DNA from: a candidate division WOR-1 bacterium RIFOXYB2_FULL_42_35
Lineage (GTDB): Bacteria; Margulisbacteria; WOR-1; O2-12-FULL-45-9
NCBI GenBank assembly: GCA_001771545.1
Contig: MEUC01000029.1
Location: forward strand, 1,445-65,444
DNA length: 64,000 nt
Direction: 5' to 3'
Shown here in pieces: positions 1-9,386 of the stretch (position 1 is the first letter of the stretch; each line of letters starts with the position of its first letter). Made by a program: the position numbers and the translations under genes. A model generated the notes under the pieces. It did no database searches. It was not told the DNA's origin and saw only the letters and a list, made by a program, of their open reading frames with translations.

Positions 1-273
1 CTTAATCGAGATAGCAGCGCTTATCAAATTAGCATTGATGGCGCCCCTATGACTATTAGCCAATTAAACTCAATAGCCAATTGTAGCGGAAATATTACAG
101 AAAACCCTCAATTTATTAATCCGGTTTGGGGGGGAAGCAACGGAGATTATCATCTTCAAGCAGGCAGCTTAGCCATTGACAGTGGAACTTCTTCTGGTGC
201 ACCCTCAACTGATTTGGATGGCAACTCTCGTCCCCAAGGCGGTGGTTATGATCTGGGGGTCTACGAGCAGTAG
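1..273 (+). CDS. C-terminal fragment of a right-handed parallel beta-helix (pectate-lyase-fold-like) repeat protein. The 5' end lies outside the window.
   Basis: C-terminal motif ...GDYHLQAGSLAIDSGTSSGAPSTDLDGNSRPQGGGYDLGVYE is typical of beta-helix surface proteins. The ORF runs from the window edge to a stop at 271-273. Confidence 0.5.
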   Translation, partial: LNRDSSAYQISIDGAPMTISQLNSIANCSGNITENPQFINPVWGGSNGDYHLQAGSLAIDSGTSSGAPSTDLDGNSRPQGGGYDLGVYEQ

Positions 274-283
274 CTTAGCATTA

Positions 284-610
284 TTATACTATTTGCTGGA
301 AATATATTTTTGGCCTAGCAAAATCTCTAAACAGACTCCTCAACTCATATGGATCAGACCATCTTGTACTGGGGTCTCTTAAAGTCATATCTAAAAGACA
401 GCTATGAAAACGCCACAAATCTGTCCCTCTTTTGGTCTTATTTAGCTCTTCGCGAATTTCCCTAACCTCTGACTCATGATATTTTCTGCGAACAACTTCG
501 TTATCGTCACAGGAAAAAGCATGTCTGCGATTTAAAGCAAAAAACAGGACTAATCCCAAAGAATATAAATCTGCTTTATAGTTAAGGCTAGGCCTATTAT
601 TTCCTATCAA
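284..610 (-). pseudogene. Remnant of a Ser/Thr protein kinase C-lobe (subdomain IX-like D-L-Y-S-L-G). There is no N-lobe upstream.
   Basis: The translation ADLYSLGLVLFFAL resembles the kinase DxWSxG helix. The ORF is only 108 aa and no VAIK/HRD/DFG-bearing ORF is upstream on the same strand. Confidence 0.3.
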
Positions 611-955
611 TGGCAGTGCCAGCCTTAAGCCCCGGCTTGTCTCTTATAAAATATTATTTAAATAAACCTCTAAGACTCAAAGACTCTAAGATCTTTTCTA
701 TATATAAACAAATTTCCCAGACCTAAATAGTTACAAAAAAAATGAAATTTCGATAAGAAAGTGAAGATAATACTATGTGGGTGGTTGGGGTAAATGAGCC
801 AGGCAAGAAAACGTCTCAATAAATTTTAACAAAAAGGAACGTAAAAGTGGCTATTGAAGCAAATGGTAGCGGTAAACCTGCCTTCTTAATAGCAAGACCT
901 AAAAAAAACAAAACCAGGCGAACCCGCAGCAACGCCACGTCCAAACACACAAGCT

Positions 956-3900
956 TTGTCTTCGTCTGATGGCCAGGGCCTGCCCATTGTTTCCCCGCCT
1001 GTGCAGCCTACAGAGTGTTTGTCTAGCGACCACCCCAAATATTTATTGCAAGTACTATCTGAATATATAGCAGAAGTACGCGATTATAATTCTATAACTT
1101 CTTTTAACCTTGGTTTTGTTGATCAACGCTCAAACCAAATGACCCGTCCATTAGGATTTATGTCTTTATGGTTATTGCTGATCTGGTGGGAAAAAGATTG
1201 CCAACCGCTTAAGGAAAATGACCTTAAAGGTTTATTGCCTGATGGGCAATACAAAGAAACAATTGACAATTTAATTAAAGCTGGCTGGCTGCAAGAAGTT
1301 GCTGGTGGCCTAACGCCTAAGCTGGGTCATTGGCAAGAGAACCCAAAGCGTTTTTGCCAGTTAATAGTAATAAATTTGAGATTTTTCTTAACAGCTTCAA
1401 GGCAGAATGATCCCGGGTGCAAGGAAGACCCCGTGGCTTTCTTTTTGTCTATGGTAGAAATGGACAAAGAGCTTTTATCGCAGTGTGCTGACCAGGAAAA
1501 AATTTTAGTTGCAAAAGAAAACTTAAACAATCCCTGGGAAAAGGCTTTAATGGCTTTTTCTATTGAAAGAAAATTTTATATTTTTACCTTTTTGAGCAAT
1601 TTGGCGCAAAATATTTTTGAAGCTCTTGGTTCTTTGAAGGAGGGTAGTGATATTCCCTTAAGAAGCACAAGATTTCCAGAAAACACATTGTTTCACAAGA
1701 TTTTTTACTCCCATGATGCGTTATCGTTTAGAGATAAAAAAGAGCAATTTGCAAATGCTTCTGACCAAGAAATGCTTAGGTTAAATAATTTGGCAAGTTT
1801 TTATGATGTTCCTTGGCGCATAGCGAAAGTCATAGCTAAAGGCAGGGCAAAACCTGTTTTTGCCGGTGTCTCTATAGGCCAAATAGCAGGACAGCCTTAT
1901 ATATTTATAAAAAATCTTTTCAACTTCACACCAGAACAGGGCTCATCATTTGACATTTCTGGTTCAGGGGGGGCACCCGTGATATTTCTTACAGCAAGTG
2001 ATAGCCGTGACGTATCAATGGCTGTTTTTGACCAAGAGATGCCTTGTGCTTCTATCTTTTCGCAGGTGATAAATCGCCTTTTGTCAAATGATGTGTTTTT
2101 GCGCATAATTGAAGAAAAATGGGATACTTTGATTTTTTCAAAGGTTTTAAGTGAGCCCACAGAGCCGGGTCAGCAAAGATTGCTTTCGATGATTAAATTC
2201 TTTGCTCCTGATGGCCAGCTTACAGATAAAGAGAGTTTTTTAGCTTTTCTGTTTTATATGCTGGTCAATCCTGCTTTTTTGGGTTGTGATTTTGTTTTTG
2301 GCTTTGTTTTACCTCTTTTTTTAAACTGTATTAAGAATATTGACTTTGCAAATAATACCTTTTCTTTAAACACAGAAAACATAACAGCTTTGGCCGAGAA
2401 GTTATCTCAAGAAAGAGAGGGGCAAACGCAGCGGCCCACCAATCCCTCACCTCCCGCTTTAGTAAAAGCACTTTTGCCTGATTTGATAAACTGTGGTTTG
2501 CTTGATATTTCAGTCATACAAGACACCCTGCAATATCACTTAAGCAGGGAATTAGAAGATTTTGTTTTGTTGGACAAATTGCCCTTTGGCCAGCCAGATT
2601 TTGATCAAAGCTCTAAAGAAATACTGGTTGATTATTTTGTTGAGCGTGGTTTTTTGGAAAAAAATGGGGCAGGGGCAGTTAGGTTGAGTGCCCAAAAAAG
2701 ACAAGAAGTAAACGCAAGCATTAGACAGCAACTAATAGAAATTATAAGCCCATTACCTGACAACACCGGCACAACCTTGTCGCGTAACCCACAAGAAAGG
2801 ACAAGAATTGCCGAGATTAATCCTCAACTAAGGGGACAAAGCTTTGCTTTTAAACTAAGGCTTGATCCTGCAGCTATTTCGCGTTTTAGTCAGGCAGGAG
2901 AGGTTATGCCCCTGGCGATACCAGGGTTTAGTTCTTTAGTTTTGTTGCCATCTGCAAAGGCCGCGCGGTTAAAGGATGCCAAAACTATGCTGATTTTAGG
3001 AAATGGGAAAAGAGTTAGATTTTATCTTTTTAATGATGAAACAAGAAAGCTGACGCTTCTTAGCCGTGTCACAGAGGCAGATTTTTTTAATAAAGAGTCA
3101 ACCCCAGAGATGAGTTTTAGCTCAATTCCTTGCTTAGGTAAGGTCAATGTTTTAGGAGCTACCGCAAGCGAACAGCAGGCTTTAGCTCCGCTAGCCAAAA
3201 TATTAGCTGATTTTAATGTACAGGCTTTTGAAGTGCGTGACAGTTTGGCATTTGATTGTCAATGGGAAGGCAATACCCTGGTGCTACGGCCAACTGTTTT
3301 GGCAGACTTGAGTCAGGTTGATGTCTTGTTATTAGCTTGTAATCTGTTGTTAGCTAGAGAAAATGAAGCTAACAAAAAAATAAAAATTATTTTGCAATTA
3401 TTTAAAACAGAAACAAGGCCAGAGTTAATCAAAGAAATGGAAGCAGTGGTTAAAGAACTGCCGGAAGAAAATTTGTTCCGGCATTATCCCGGGCAAATGA
3501 GCGCGGTTATTCGTTTACTCCACGATTTTAAAGACGTCAAAGGCCGCGCGCCAGCAGATTTAAAGCGCTTATTATTAGAGCGGTTATTAGTTTTTAGCCA
3601 GGAAACAAGATCTTCTGATTTTTGCTCGTATACTGGCCAAGGCACAAGCAATAGTATTAAATTGGAGCAATGGCCAGAACAAAAAACCCGTTTTATTGGT
3701 TTAGGTGTAGCTATGGTAGCAGAAAGCCAGGTTGGTTTGGGCAGCCAGGGAGTTGATTTCTTTTGCAGTAACCCGGCAAAGGGTCATTTGCTGCTTTATG
3801 TTTATTTCAGGGATCGAGAAGGTAAAATCATTGAAAAACTTTATACTTTGGCTGGCCAGCCTTATGAGCAGCATTTAATGTGGGAAAGGGATTTAGCTGT

Positions 3901-5179
3901 TATTGAGCAGACACACGGAGTTGATCTTGGTTTTATAAGAAAGCAGGGCTTAACCGAAGTCGAAAAGTTTTTACCTGCGACCCAAACTGTGTTAGCCTGT
4001 TTAGGCAGTGAGAAATTTTTAAAAGACACTTGTGTTTTAACCTCATTATGGCAGCTTTGTTCTGTAGCGCAGGGAGCTGATCTTCCCTTAGTTAGGCAGG
4101 CTTTGCTGGAAAATTTAGTTCCGGCTTTTATAAACAGTAATGAAGCTGAAGTCCAAAAATTGCTTGGCCAAATTTTACTACAGCTAGGTTTAGTTGATAG
4201 GGAGTTTGAATCTGTAGCTGACTGGGCTGATTATATTAATCAAGTAGTCAGGCCTGGTTTGCAGGTATTATCAGGCCAGCTGGCTGATAGTGACGATGTT
4301 TTGTACAATTGGTTGTCAGCTATCGAAGGTCGTTTGCAAGCAGCAGAACAAGCCCAAATTAAAGCTGGCCAAACACTTTTGGGCGAGGTGTTTTATAGGA
4401 ATGTTCCTGATTTAAGGGCTTTAGATCCGCAGACTTTACTTAACCTGGCGCTTTATTTTAAAGCCAGGCAAGCAGTTGGTGATGATCCTCAATTTACAGG
4501 AACTATTACTGAAGTTCTACCCAAAGAAAAAATAGTTGATCCGAGAGAGCGAGCTTTACCAGTAACAGCTTCTCCTGCTGATCGATTGTCTGGCACTTTA
4601 GGAAAAGTAAGAAATCTTTTTGATACTGCTTTGAACGGGGCTGGTTTGGGTGTGCAAAACGCTCTTCAAGCAGCAATTAATGCTGTTAGTTCCTATCCTC
4701 ATCAAGAAGTATTTCTGCCTTTGACCATATTAACAAGCTTGTTGGCCCAGTTTGATTCTAATAATCCTAAAAAGGATGTTACTGCTGTTAGGGATATTAC
4801 ACCCCAAGATCCCCATACTGGCGAAAAAATAAGGTCTGTGCATGTTGCTGGTTTTTCCTGGAATAATGATAGCGTTAAATATTATGTCCGTTTAGTTGCC
4901 AGGCGCCATGCTACTTTTTTTGGTCAAGCGCGGATTAGTGTTACTGTTTTTGCTGATCAAGACCAGCAAAAAGAATTGGCAGCTTTTAGGATTGATCTGG
5001 AAAAAAGAGGCGCAACCATTGATTTGGGCGGTTTATTTATAGCCGAAGCTTTAAGCGTGAGAGCTAGCGGTTATCATTTTGCTTCTTTCTTGCCACGAGC
5101 CTTGTCTGACCCTGATACTTTTTCTAAGTTTATCCAAGATCTTCAGCAAAGGCTCTGGGCTAAGCTGGACGTTAAGTAA
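956..5179 (+). CDS. Very large hypothetical protein (1407 aa). No domain recognised. Rich in Leu, Ala and Gln.
   Basis: Uninterrupted 4.2-kb ORF with a TTG start in the ORF track. No recognisable catalytic motif. Composition is more GC-rich than neighbouring genes. Confidence 0.6.
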   Translation: MSSSDGQGLPIVSPPVQPTECLSSDHPKYLLQVLSEYIAEVRDYNSITSFNLGFVDQRSNQMTRPLGFMSLWLLLIWWEKDCQPLKENDLKGLLPDGQYKETIDNLIKAGWLQEVAGGLTPKLGHWQENPKRFCQLIVINLRFFLTASRQNDPGCKEDPVAFFLSMVEMDKELLSQCADQEKILVAKENLNNPWEKALMAFSIERKFYIFTFLSNLAQNIFEALGSLKEGSDIPLRSTRFPENTLFHKIFYSHDALSFRDKKEQFANASDQEMLRLNNLASFYDVPWRIAKVIAKGRAKPVFAGVSIGQIAGQPYIFIKNLFNFTPEQGSSFDISGSGGAPVIFLTASDSRDVSMAVFDQEMPCASIFSQVINRLLSNDVFLRIIEEKWDTLIFSKVLSEPTEPGQQRLLSMIKFFAPDGQLTDKESFLAFLFYMLVNPAFLGCDFVFGFVLPLFLNCIKNIDFANNTFSLNTENITALAEKLSQEREGQTQRPTNPSPPALVKALLPDLINCGLLDISVIQDTLQYHLSRELEDFVLLDKLPFGQPDFDQSSKEILVDYFVERGFLEKNGAGAVRLSAQKRQEVNASIRQQLIEIISPLPDNTGTTLSRNPQERTRIAEINPQLRGQSFAFKLRLDPAAISRFSQAGEVMPLAIPGFSSLVLLPSAKAARLKDAKTMLILGNGKRVRFYLFNDETRKLTLLSRVTEADFFNKESTPEMSFSSIPCLGKVNVLGATASEQQALAPLAKILADFNVQAFEVRDSLAFDCQWEGNTLVLRPTVLADLSQVDVLLLACNLLLARENEANKKIKIILQLFKTETRPELIKEMEAVVKELPEENLFRHYPGQMSAVIRLLHDFKDVKGRAPADLKRLLLERLLVFSQETRSSDFCSYTGQGTSNSIKLEQWPEQKTRFIGLGVAMVAESQVGLGSQGVDFFCSNPAKGHLLLYVYFRDREGKIIEKLYTLAGQPYEQHLMWERDLAVIEQTHGVDLGFIRKQGLTEVEKFLPATQTVLACLGSEKFLKDTCVLTSLWQLCSVAQGADLPLVRQALLENLVPAFINSNEAEVQKLLGQILLQLGLVDREFESVADWADYINQVVRPGLQVLSGQLADSDDVLYNWLSAIEGRLQAAEQAQIKAGQTLLGEVFYRNVPDLRALDPQTLLNLALYFKARQAVGDDPQFTGTITEVLPKEKIVDPRERALPVTASPADRLSGTLGKVRNLFDTALNGAGLGVQNALQAAINAVSSYPHQEVFLPLTILTSLLAQFDSNNPKKDVTAVRDITPQDPHTGEKIRSVHVAGFSWNNDSVKYYVRLVARRHATFFGQARISVTVFADQDQQKELAAFRIDLEKRGATIDLGGLFIAEALSVRASGYHFASFLPRALSDPDTFSKFIQDLQQRLWAKLDVK

Positions 5180-5188
5180 AAACAGCGG

Positions 5189-6520
5189 TCAGTTATTACT
5201 GCTTTGACAGCCATTTCTTTTGCCCAGGATAGAGCAAAGTTTGCGGCTGTAAAAATATAAGCCGGTTATCAAATTAGCCATGGCTAGGGGTAGTTTTTTG
5301 GGCCAGTTAAATAAGCCCATAAATCGCGCAGAAAGTTTTCCGTGCCTGGCAAACAACCAGCCAGCCAAATAAGCTCGAAATTTTTTGCCCAAACCAATGC
5401 GGCTTTGCAGTTCACTTAAAGGCATTGTTAGGCTGTCAGCCAGCCTGATATTATGTTTTTGGCAAAAAGCCTTGACCTCTTCTTCCATTAAAGCAAATAA
5501 ACCAGCTTTAACATTATTGCCAAACAATTTTGCTGTTGTTTGGGGAAAGCCAGCGGCAGCTAATAATACCATTTGCCTGGGCTTGTTAGTTGGTAGCTTT
5601 ACCTGGCTTAAAACAGCTAATAGTTTTCTTGGCAAACCACCCAGGCTATTAGGTGAAGCTAAAACTATTAAGTCAGCCTTATCAAGTTGTTGGCTAACTT
5701 GGTTAATATCTGTCCCATTGTTCCAAGCTAAAACTTCAATATTTTCTTTATAACCCAGCCCTTTTAAAAACCAGCGAGCCAGCCCAGAAGAGATTGAGCT
5801 GTTTTTCCTGCTTGAGCCAGTTATAACAATAATTTTGGGGTTTGGGAGAAGATTGGCTGTCTGTATGTCTGGTTCAGGCCTTGGACTGGTTAATGAAGTG
5901 CCATTTGTTTCAAAGTGTAAATGCTTAAAATGATAAACTGTTTTAATCCATTCCAGCTGTGCCGTAACTAATCTTGGGCTAGTTTTTTGTTGGTTATCCA
6001 AAATTACAGATAATCGTTTGTTAGTGCTAGAGATTTCTTGCTTGGCTAGGGGATGAACAGGCGCACCGCTTTGGCCAATTATTGTTTGCCAGGTAAGAGC
6101 TGATAAGCAAAGCTCAAAAGTTTTAAGCATAAACTGAACATCAGCACAGCTGTAAGCGGATAAGCCGCTGGGATCAGCTTCTTGTCCTTGTTCACCCAAA
6201 AGATCAAGCGGCACCACCACCTCATCTGCAGCAGCAATTTGCTGTAGCGCGTTTGCCAGTGGCCCATTACCCAAACAACAAAGACCTGTGCTTTTTTCCC
6301 AACAGGAAAATTTTCTTTGGCAGTCTGGCAAATTTTTCCCGTTGATAAGAGTGACATCTCCAGGACTAATAGCTTCATGTATTCCAGAGTGAATAACAGT
6401 TAATTGTACATTTGCTTGGGTATATCGTCTAATTAATTCATCAGCCTTAGCTGGTTGGCTGCTGCTTGGACCTAATAATAAGACAACTTTTTTGCTTGTA
6501 GCGCTAGGAGTTGTTAGCAT
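5189..6520 (-). CDS. Hypothetical protein with a flavodoxin-like / NADPH-dependent FMN-reductase-like segment.
   Basis: The segment KIIVITGSSRKNSS...LIVLASP resembles the flavodoxin-fold reductase N-terminus. The remainder is unassigned. It is convergent with the 1407-aa ORF. Confidence 0.45.
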   Translation of the reverse strand: MLTTPSATSKKVVLLLGPSSSQPAKADELIRRYTQANVQLTVIHSGIHEAISPGDVTLINGKNLPDCQRKFSCWEKSTGLCCLGNGPLANALQQIAAADEVVVPLDLLGEQGQEADPSGLSAYSCADVQFMLKTFELCLSALTWQTIIGQSGAPVHPLAKQEISSTNKRLSVILDNQQKTSPRLVTAQLEWIKTVYHFKHLHFETNGTSLTSPRPEPDIQTANLLPNPKIIVITGSSRKNSSISSGLARWFLKGLGYKENIEVLAWNNGTDINQVSQQLDKADLIVLASPNSLGGLPRKLLAVLSQVKLPTNKPRQMVLLAAAGFPQTTAKLFGNNVKAGLFALMEEEVKAFCQKHNIRLADSLTMPLSELQSRIGLGKKFRAYLAGWLFARHGKLSARFMGLFNWPKKLPLAMANLITGLYFYSRKLCSILGKRNGCQSSNN

Positions 6521-6642
6521 CTTTTGTTAAAACCTTTTCTAAACCATAATGCTTAATGCTTTTTCCAAATTAAAAGCAGCAAACTCTGTTATGCTTGTGG
6601 TTCTCAAGCAACTCTTTTGCTTCGCGCAAGATTCAATATTCT

Positions 6643-6753
6643 TATATATATGAGGACTCCGAAAAATTGACTCTCTACTCGACGACAGCCGGCGACCCTA
6701 AGAGGGTCGCCTACGCGGAGAAGTTGAGTTTTTCGGAACTCTCTATATATATC
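6643..6753. repeat. MITE-like palindromic element. It has TA-repeat flanks, inverted CCGAAAAA/TTTTTCGG arms, and a central hairpin GGCGACCCT-AAG-AGGGTCGCC followed by TACGCG.
   Basis: Inverted repeats and the hairpin were read directly. A related copy lies at 42103-42240. Confidence 0.7.
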
Positions 6754-6988
6754 GCCAGTTTTTTAAGAAAATTTCACAATTTTTGGTTGGCTTGGTTTTT
6801 TTATTGTCAGATGGCTAAATTGTTGAACTTTCAATTCCTCTGTGAAATTTGATATACTGAAATAAATTACGAGAGAGAAGGAAAGAAATGCAGGTTTCAA
6901 AAAAATAATTCAAAAAAATGAAAAAATGCGGCTGCAGCAAAAAAGAAAGTCCCCATTTTTCTAATTAATTGACGAAAGCAAAATAATA

Positions 6989-7843
6989 TTATTTATCTTC
7001 GTTGGCACGTTTAATCAATGGCAAGACCCCACCAGCCATGTCACCAATCACATTAACTAATTCAGTCCCGGCTGGCACCACAATTTTGGCATTGTTTTTG
7101 AGGGATTCAGAGACTGTTTCTAAACGTTTAAGTAATTGGGCATTGCCAACAAAATATTTTTCTGCGGCTTCGTTAACCAATTTAATTGCATCAGCTTCAG
7201 CTGTTGCTTTCAAACGAATTCCCTGGGCTTGCCCTTCAGCTTTTTTAATCTCTGCTCGACGATTACCATCAGCCTTTGTTTCTAGCGCCGTAGCAATATC
7301 CAGGGCAGCAATTTTTTCGTTTTCTGCCTTAACAACCATATTCATGGCCGCTTGCACATCAGCAGGCGGTTCAATTCTTTGCAATTCAACGCGGATAACA
7401 GTAATGCCCCAGGGATCAGTCTGTTTATCAAGGATTGCTTCAACTTCACTATTGATCTTATCTCTATTCTCGTTTGCTTCAGTCAAGGTCATTTTACCAA
7501 TCACAGCGCGCAAGGTGGTTTTTGCTAAAGATGGCACCGCAGAGAAGAAATCATTAACATTGTAAATAGCTTTGGTCGGGTCAACAACCTTATAATAGAC
7601 TACGCCATCAACTTCAGCATTAAGCTTATCTTTGGTAATGATTGATTGCGGCTCAATATCAACCCGTTGTTCGGTGATATTGATGCGATACATTTTCTGT
7701 ACCACAGGAATAAGAAAATGAAGGCCTGCCTCGGCTGTGCTGGAAAACTTTCCCAAGGTTTCAACAACCCCTTTTTCTACCGGTCGAACAATCTTAATCG
7801 TGTAATAGGCCAAGACAACAATAACTATAAATAACCAATACAT
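6989..7843 (-). CDS. SPFH/band-7 (stomatin/prohibitin-like, QmcA/YbbK family) membrane protein.
   Basis: N-terminal TM segment followed by an SPFH domain (…LRAVIGKMTLTEANENRDKINSEV…) and a C-terminal coiled coil. Confidence 0.8.
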   Translation of the reverse strand: MYWLFIVIVVLAYYTIKIVRPVEKGVVETLGKFSSTAEAGLHFLIPVVQKMYRINITEQRVDIEPQSIITKDKLNAEVDGVVYYKVVDPTKAIYNVNDFFSAVPSLAKTTLRAVIGKMTLTEANENRDKINSEVEAILDKQTDPWGITVIRVELQRIEPPADVQAAMNMVVKAENEKIAALDIATALETKADGNRRAEIKKAEGQAQGIRLKATAEADAIKLVNEAAEKYFVGNAQLLKRLETVSESLKNNAKIVVPAGTELVNVIGDMAGGVLPLIKRANEDK

Positions 7844-7910
7844 GATGAATACCTCCTTGAACTGTTTTTCCTAATTCTACTACATTTATTGTCATTCCGA
7901 AAGAAACGAT

Positions 7911-8046
7911 AGGAAATTGGAAATAGGGTTATGGGTTTGGAGGCCAGTATGGAAACTGGAGATAGATTATTAAAATTAGGTTAATCTAACGTCAACTTCC
8001 AGCTTCAAAAGTCTATACTGGCATCTACAACCAAAACCCAACTTCC
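7911..8046. repeat. ~135-bp imperfect palindromic intergenic element (copy 1 of 2).
   Basis: The arms GGGTTATGGGTTTGGAGGCCAGTATGGAAACTGGAG and CTTCCAGCTTCAAAAGTCTATACTGGCATCTACAACCAAAACCCAAC are reverse complements of one another. A homologous copy lies at 54196-54324. Confidence 0.7.
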
Positions 8047-8072
8047 TAATTCAAGCATGTTATACTTATTCT

Positions 8073-9386
8073 ATGGACCTCTTTGACAAAAACCTAAAAA
8101 AGAACACCCCTCTCCCCTTTCGCATGGCTCCACGCAATCTCGATGAAATGGTTGGGCAGGAAGACATTCTGGGAGAAGGAAAACTGTTGCGAAGGTTAGT
8201 TGAAGCTGATAAGGTTAGTTCACTTATTCTTCATGGACCTCCTGGAACAGGTAAAACTGCCCTAGCTCGAGTGATAGCCAACACCACCAAAGGCCATTTT
8301 GAATGGCTAAATGCCTCAACTGCCAAAGTTGACGATATTCGCAAAGTTAGTATTGAGGCAAAGAATCGCAAAAAACATAATTTAGTTAAAACTATTTTAT
8401 TTTTGGACGAGATACACCGCTTCAATAAGCTGCAACAAGATGTTTTGTTGCCTGATGTTGAGGAAGGTTTGTTTATTTTAATCGGCGCAACTACGGAAAA
8501 CCCTTTCTTCTACGTTAATTCCGCTCTAGTTTCAAGATCACAGATCTTTGAACTTAAACCATTGAGCACAGACAACCTGAAAGCTTTAATCAATCGAGCC
8601 ATTAAAGATAAAGAACGAGGGCTCGGCAACATTAAGCTTAAAATCAATGACGAAGCAATCAATCACTTAACCAAGATATCTGATGGTGATGCCAGAAAAG
8701 CTCTTTCCGCCCTTGAACTTGCTGCGCTCTCAACTCTTCCTGATAAGAAAGGGACTATTAACCTTGATCTTAAAGTCGCTGAAGAATCAATTCAAAAAAA
8801 AGCCGTGGTTTATGATAAACATGGTGAACAACATTACGATACTATTTCAGCTTTTATTAAATCAATGAGAGGCTCTGATCCCGATGCTGCCTTATATTAT
8901 TTAGCCAAGATGATCTATGCCGGTGAAGATCCACGTTTCATCGCTCGAAGAATCGTAATCTGCGCAGCAGAAGACGTTGGCAATGCTGATCCGCTAGCTT
9001 TGGTGGTTGCTAACTCAGCCATGCAGGTCGCAGAATTTGTGGGCATGCCAGAAGCTCGGATTCCCCTTGCTCAAGCGACAACCTATGTTGCCACCGCTCC
9101 GAAAAGTAACGCCGCTTATGTGGGTATTGATGCCGCACTAAAAGATGTTAAAGAAAACCCTACTTTGCCTGTGCCTAACCATTTAAAGAACGCAGTTTAT
9201 GACGGTGAAAAGAAAATGGGTAAAGGCAAAGGTTACAAGTATGCTCACAATTATGAAGGCGGGGTTGTTGAACAGGAACATTTAACAGAAAAGCGCAAAT
9301 ACTACGAACCCAAGGACATTGGCTTTGAGAAAAAGATAAGAGCCAGAATGAATCCCCCTACCTCACCTCAACCAGAATCGCGGTAA
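8073..9386 (+). CDS. rarA: Replication-associated recombination protein A (AAA+ ATPase RarA/MgsA).
   Basis: Walker A motif GPPGTGKTALARVIA, a sensor region, and a typical RarA C-terminal domain. Confidence 0.9.
   Translation: MDLFDKNLKKNTPLPFRMAPRNLDEMVGQEDILGEGKLLRRLVEADKVSSLILHGPPGTGKTALARVIANTTKGHFEWLNASTAKVDDIRKVSIEAKNRKKHNLVKTILFLDEIHRFNKLQQDVLLPDVEEGLFILIGATTENPFFYVNSALVSRSQIFELKPLSTDNLKALINRAIKDKERGLGNIKLKINDEAINHLTKISDGDARKALSALELAALSTLPDKKGTINLDLKVAEESIQKKAVVYDKHGEQHYDTISAFIKSMRGSDPDAALYYLAKMIYAGEDPRFIARRIVICAAEDVGNADPLALVVANSAMQVAEFVGMPEARIPLAQATTYVATAPKSNAAYVGIDAALKDVKENPTLPVPNHLKNAVYDGEKKMGKGKGYKYAHNYEGGVVEQEHLTEKRKYYEPKDIGFEKKIRARMNPPTSPQPESR

Noticed and set aside
5385-5753. 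122-aa plus-strand ORF
   Set aside because: It is antisense within ORF 5189-6520. Same-locus overlap makes it unlikely to be coding.
6595-6852. 85-aa plus-strand ORF
   Set aside because: It spans the MITE-like hairpin element and AT-rich intergenic DNA. It has no coding signal and its composition is driven by the repeat.
7002-7565. 187-aa plus-strand ORF
   Set aside because: It is antisense to the well-supported SPFH gene and has no motifs.
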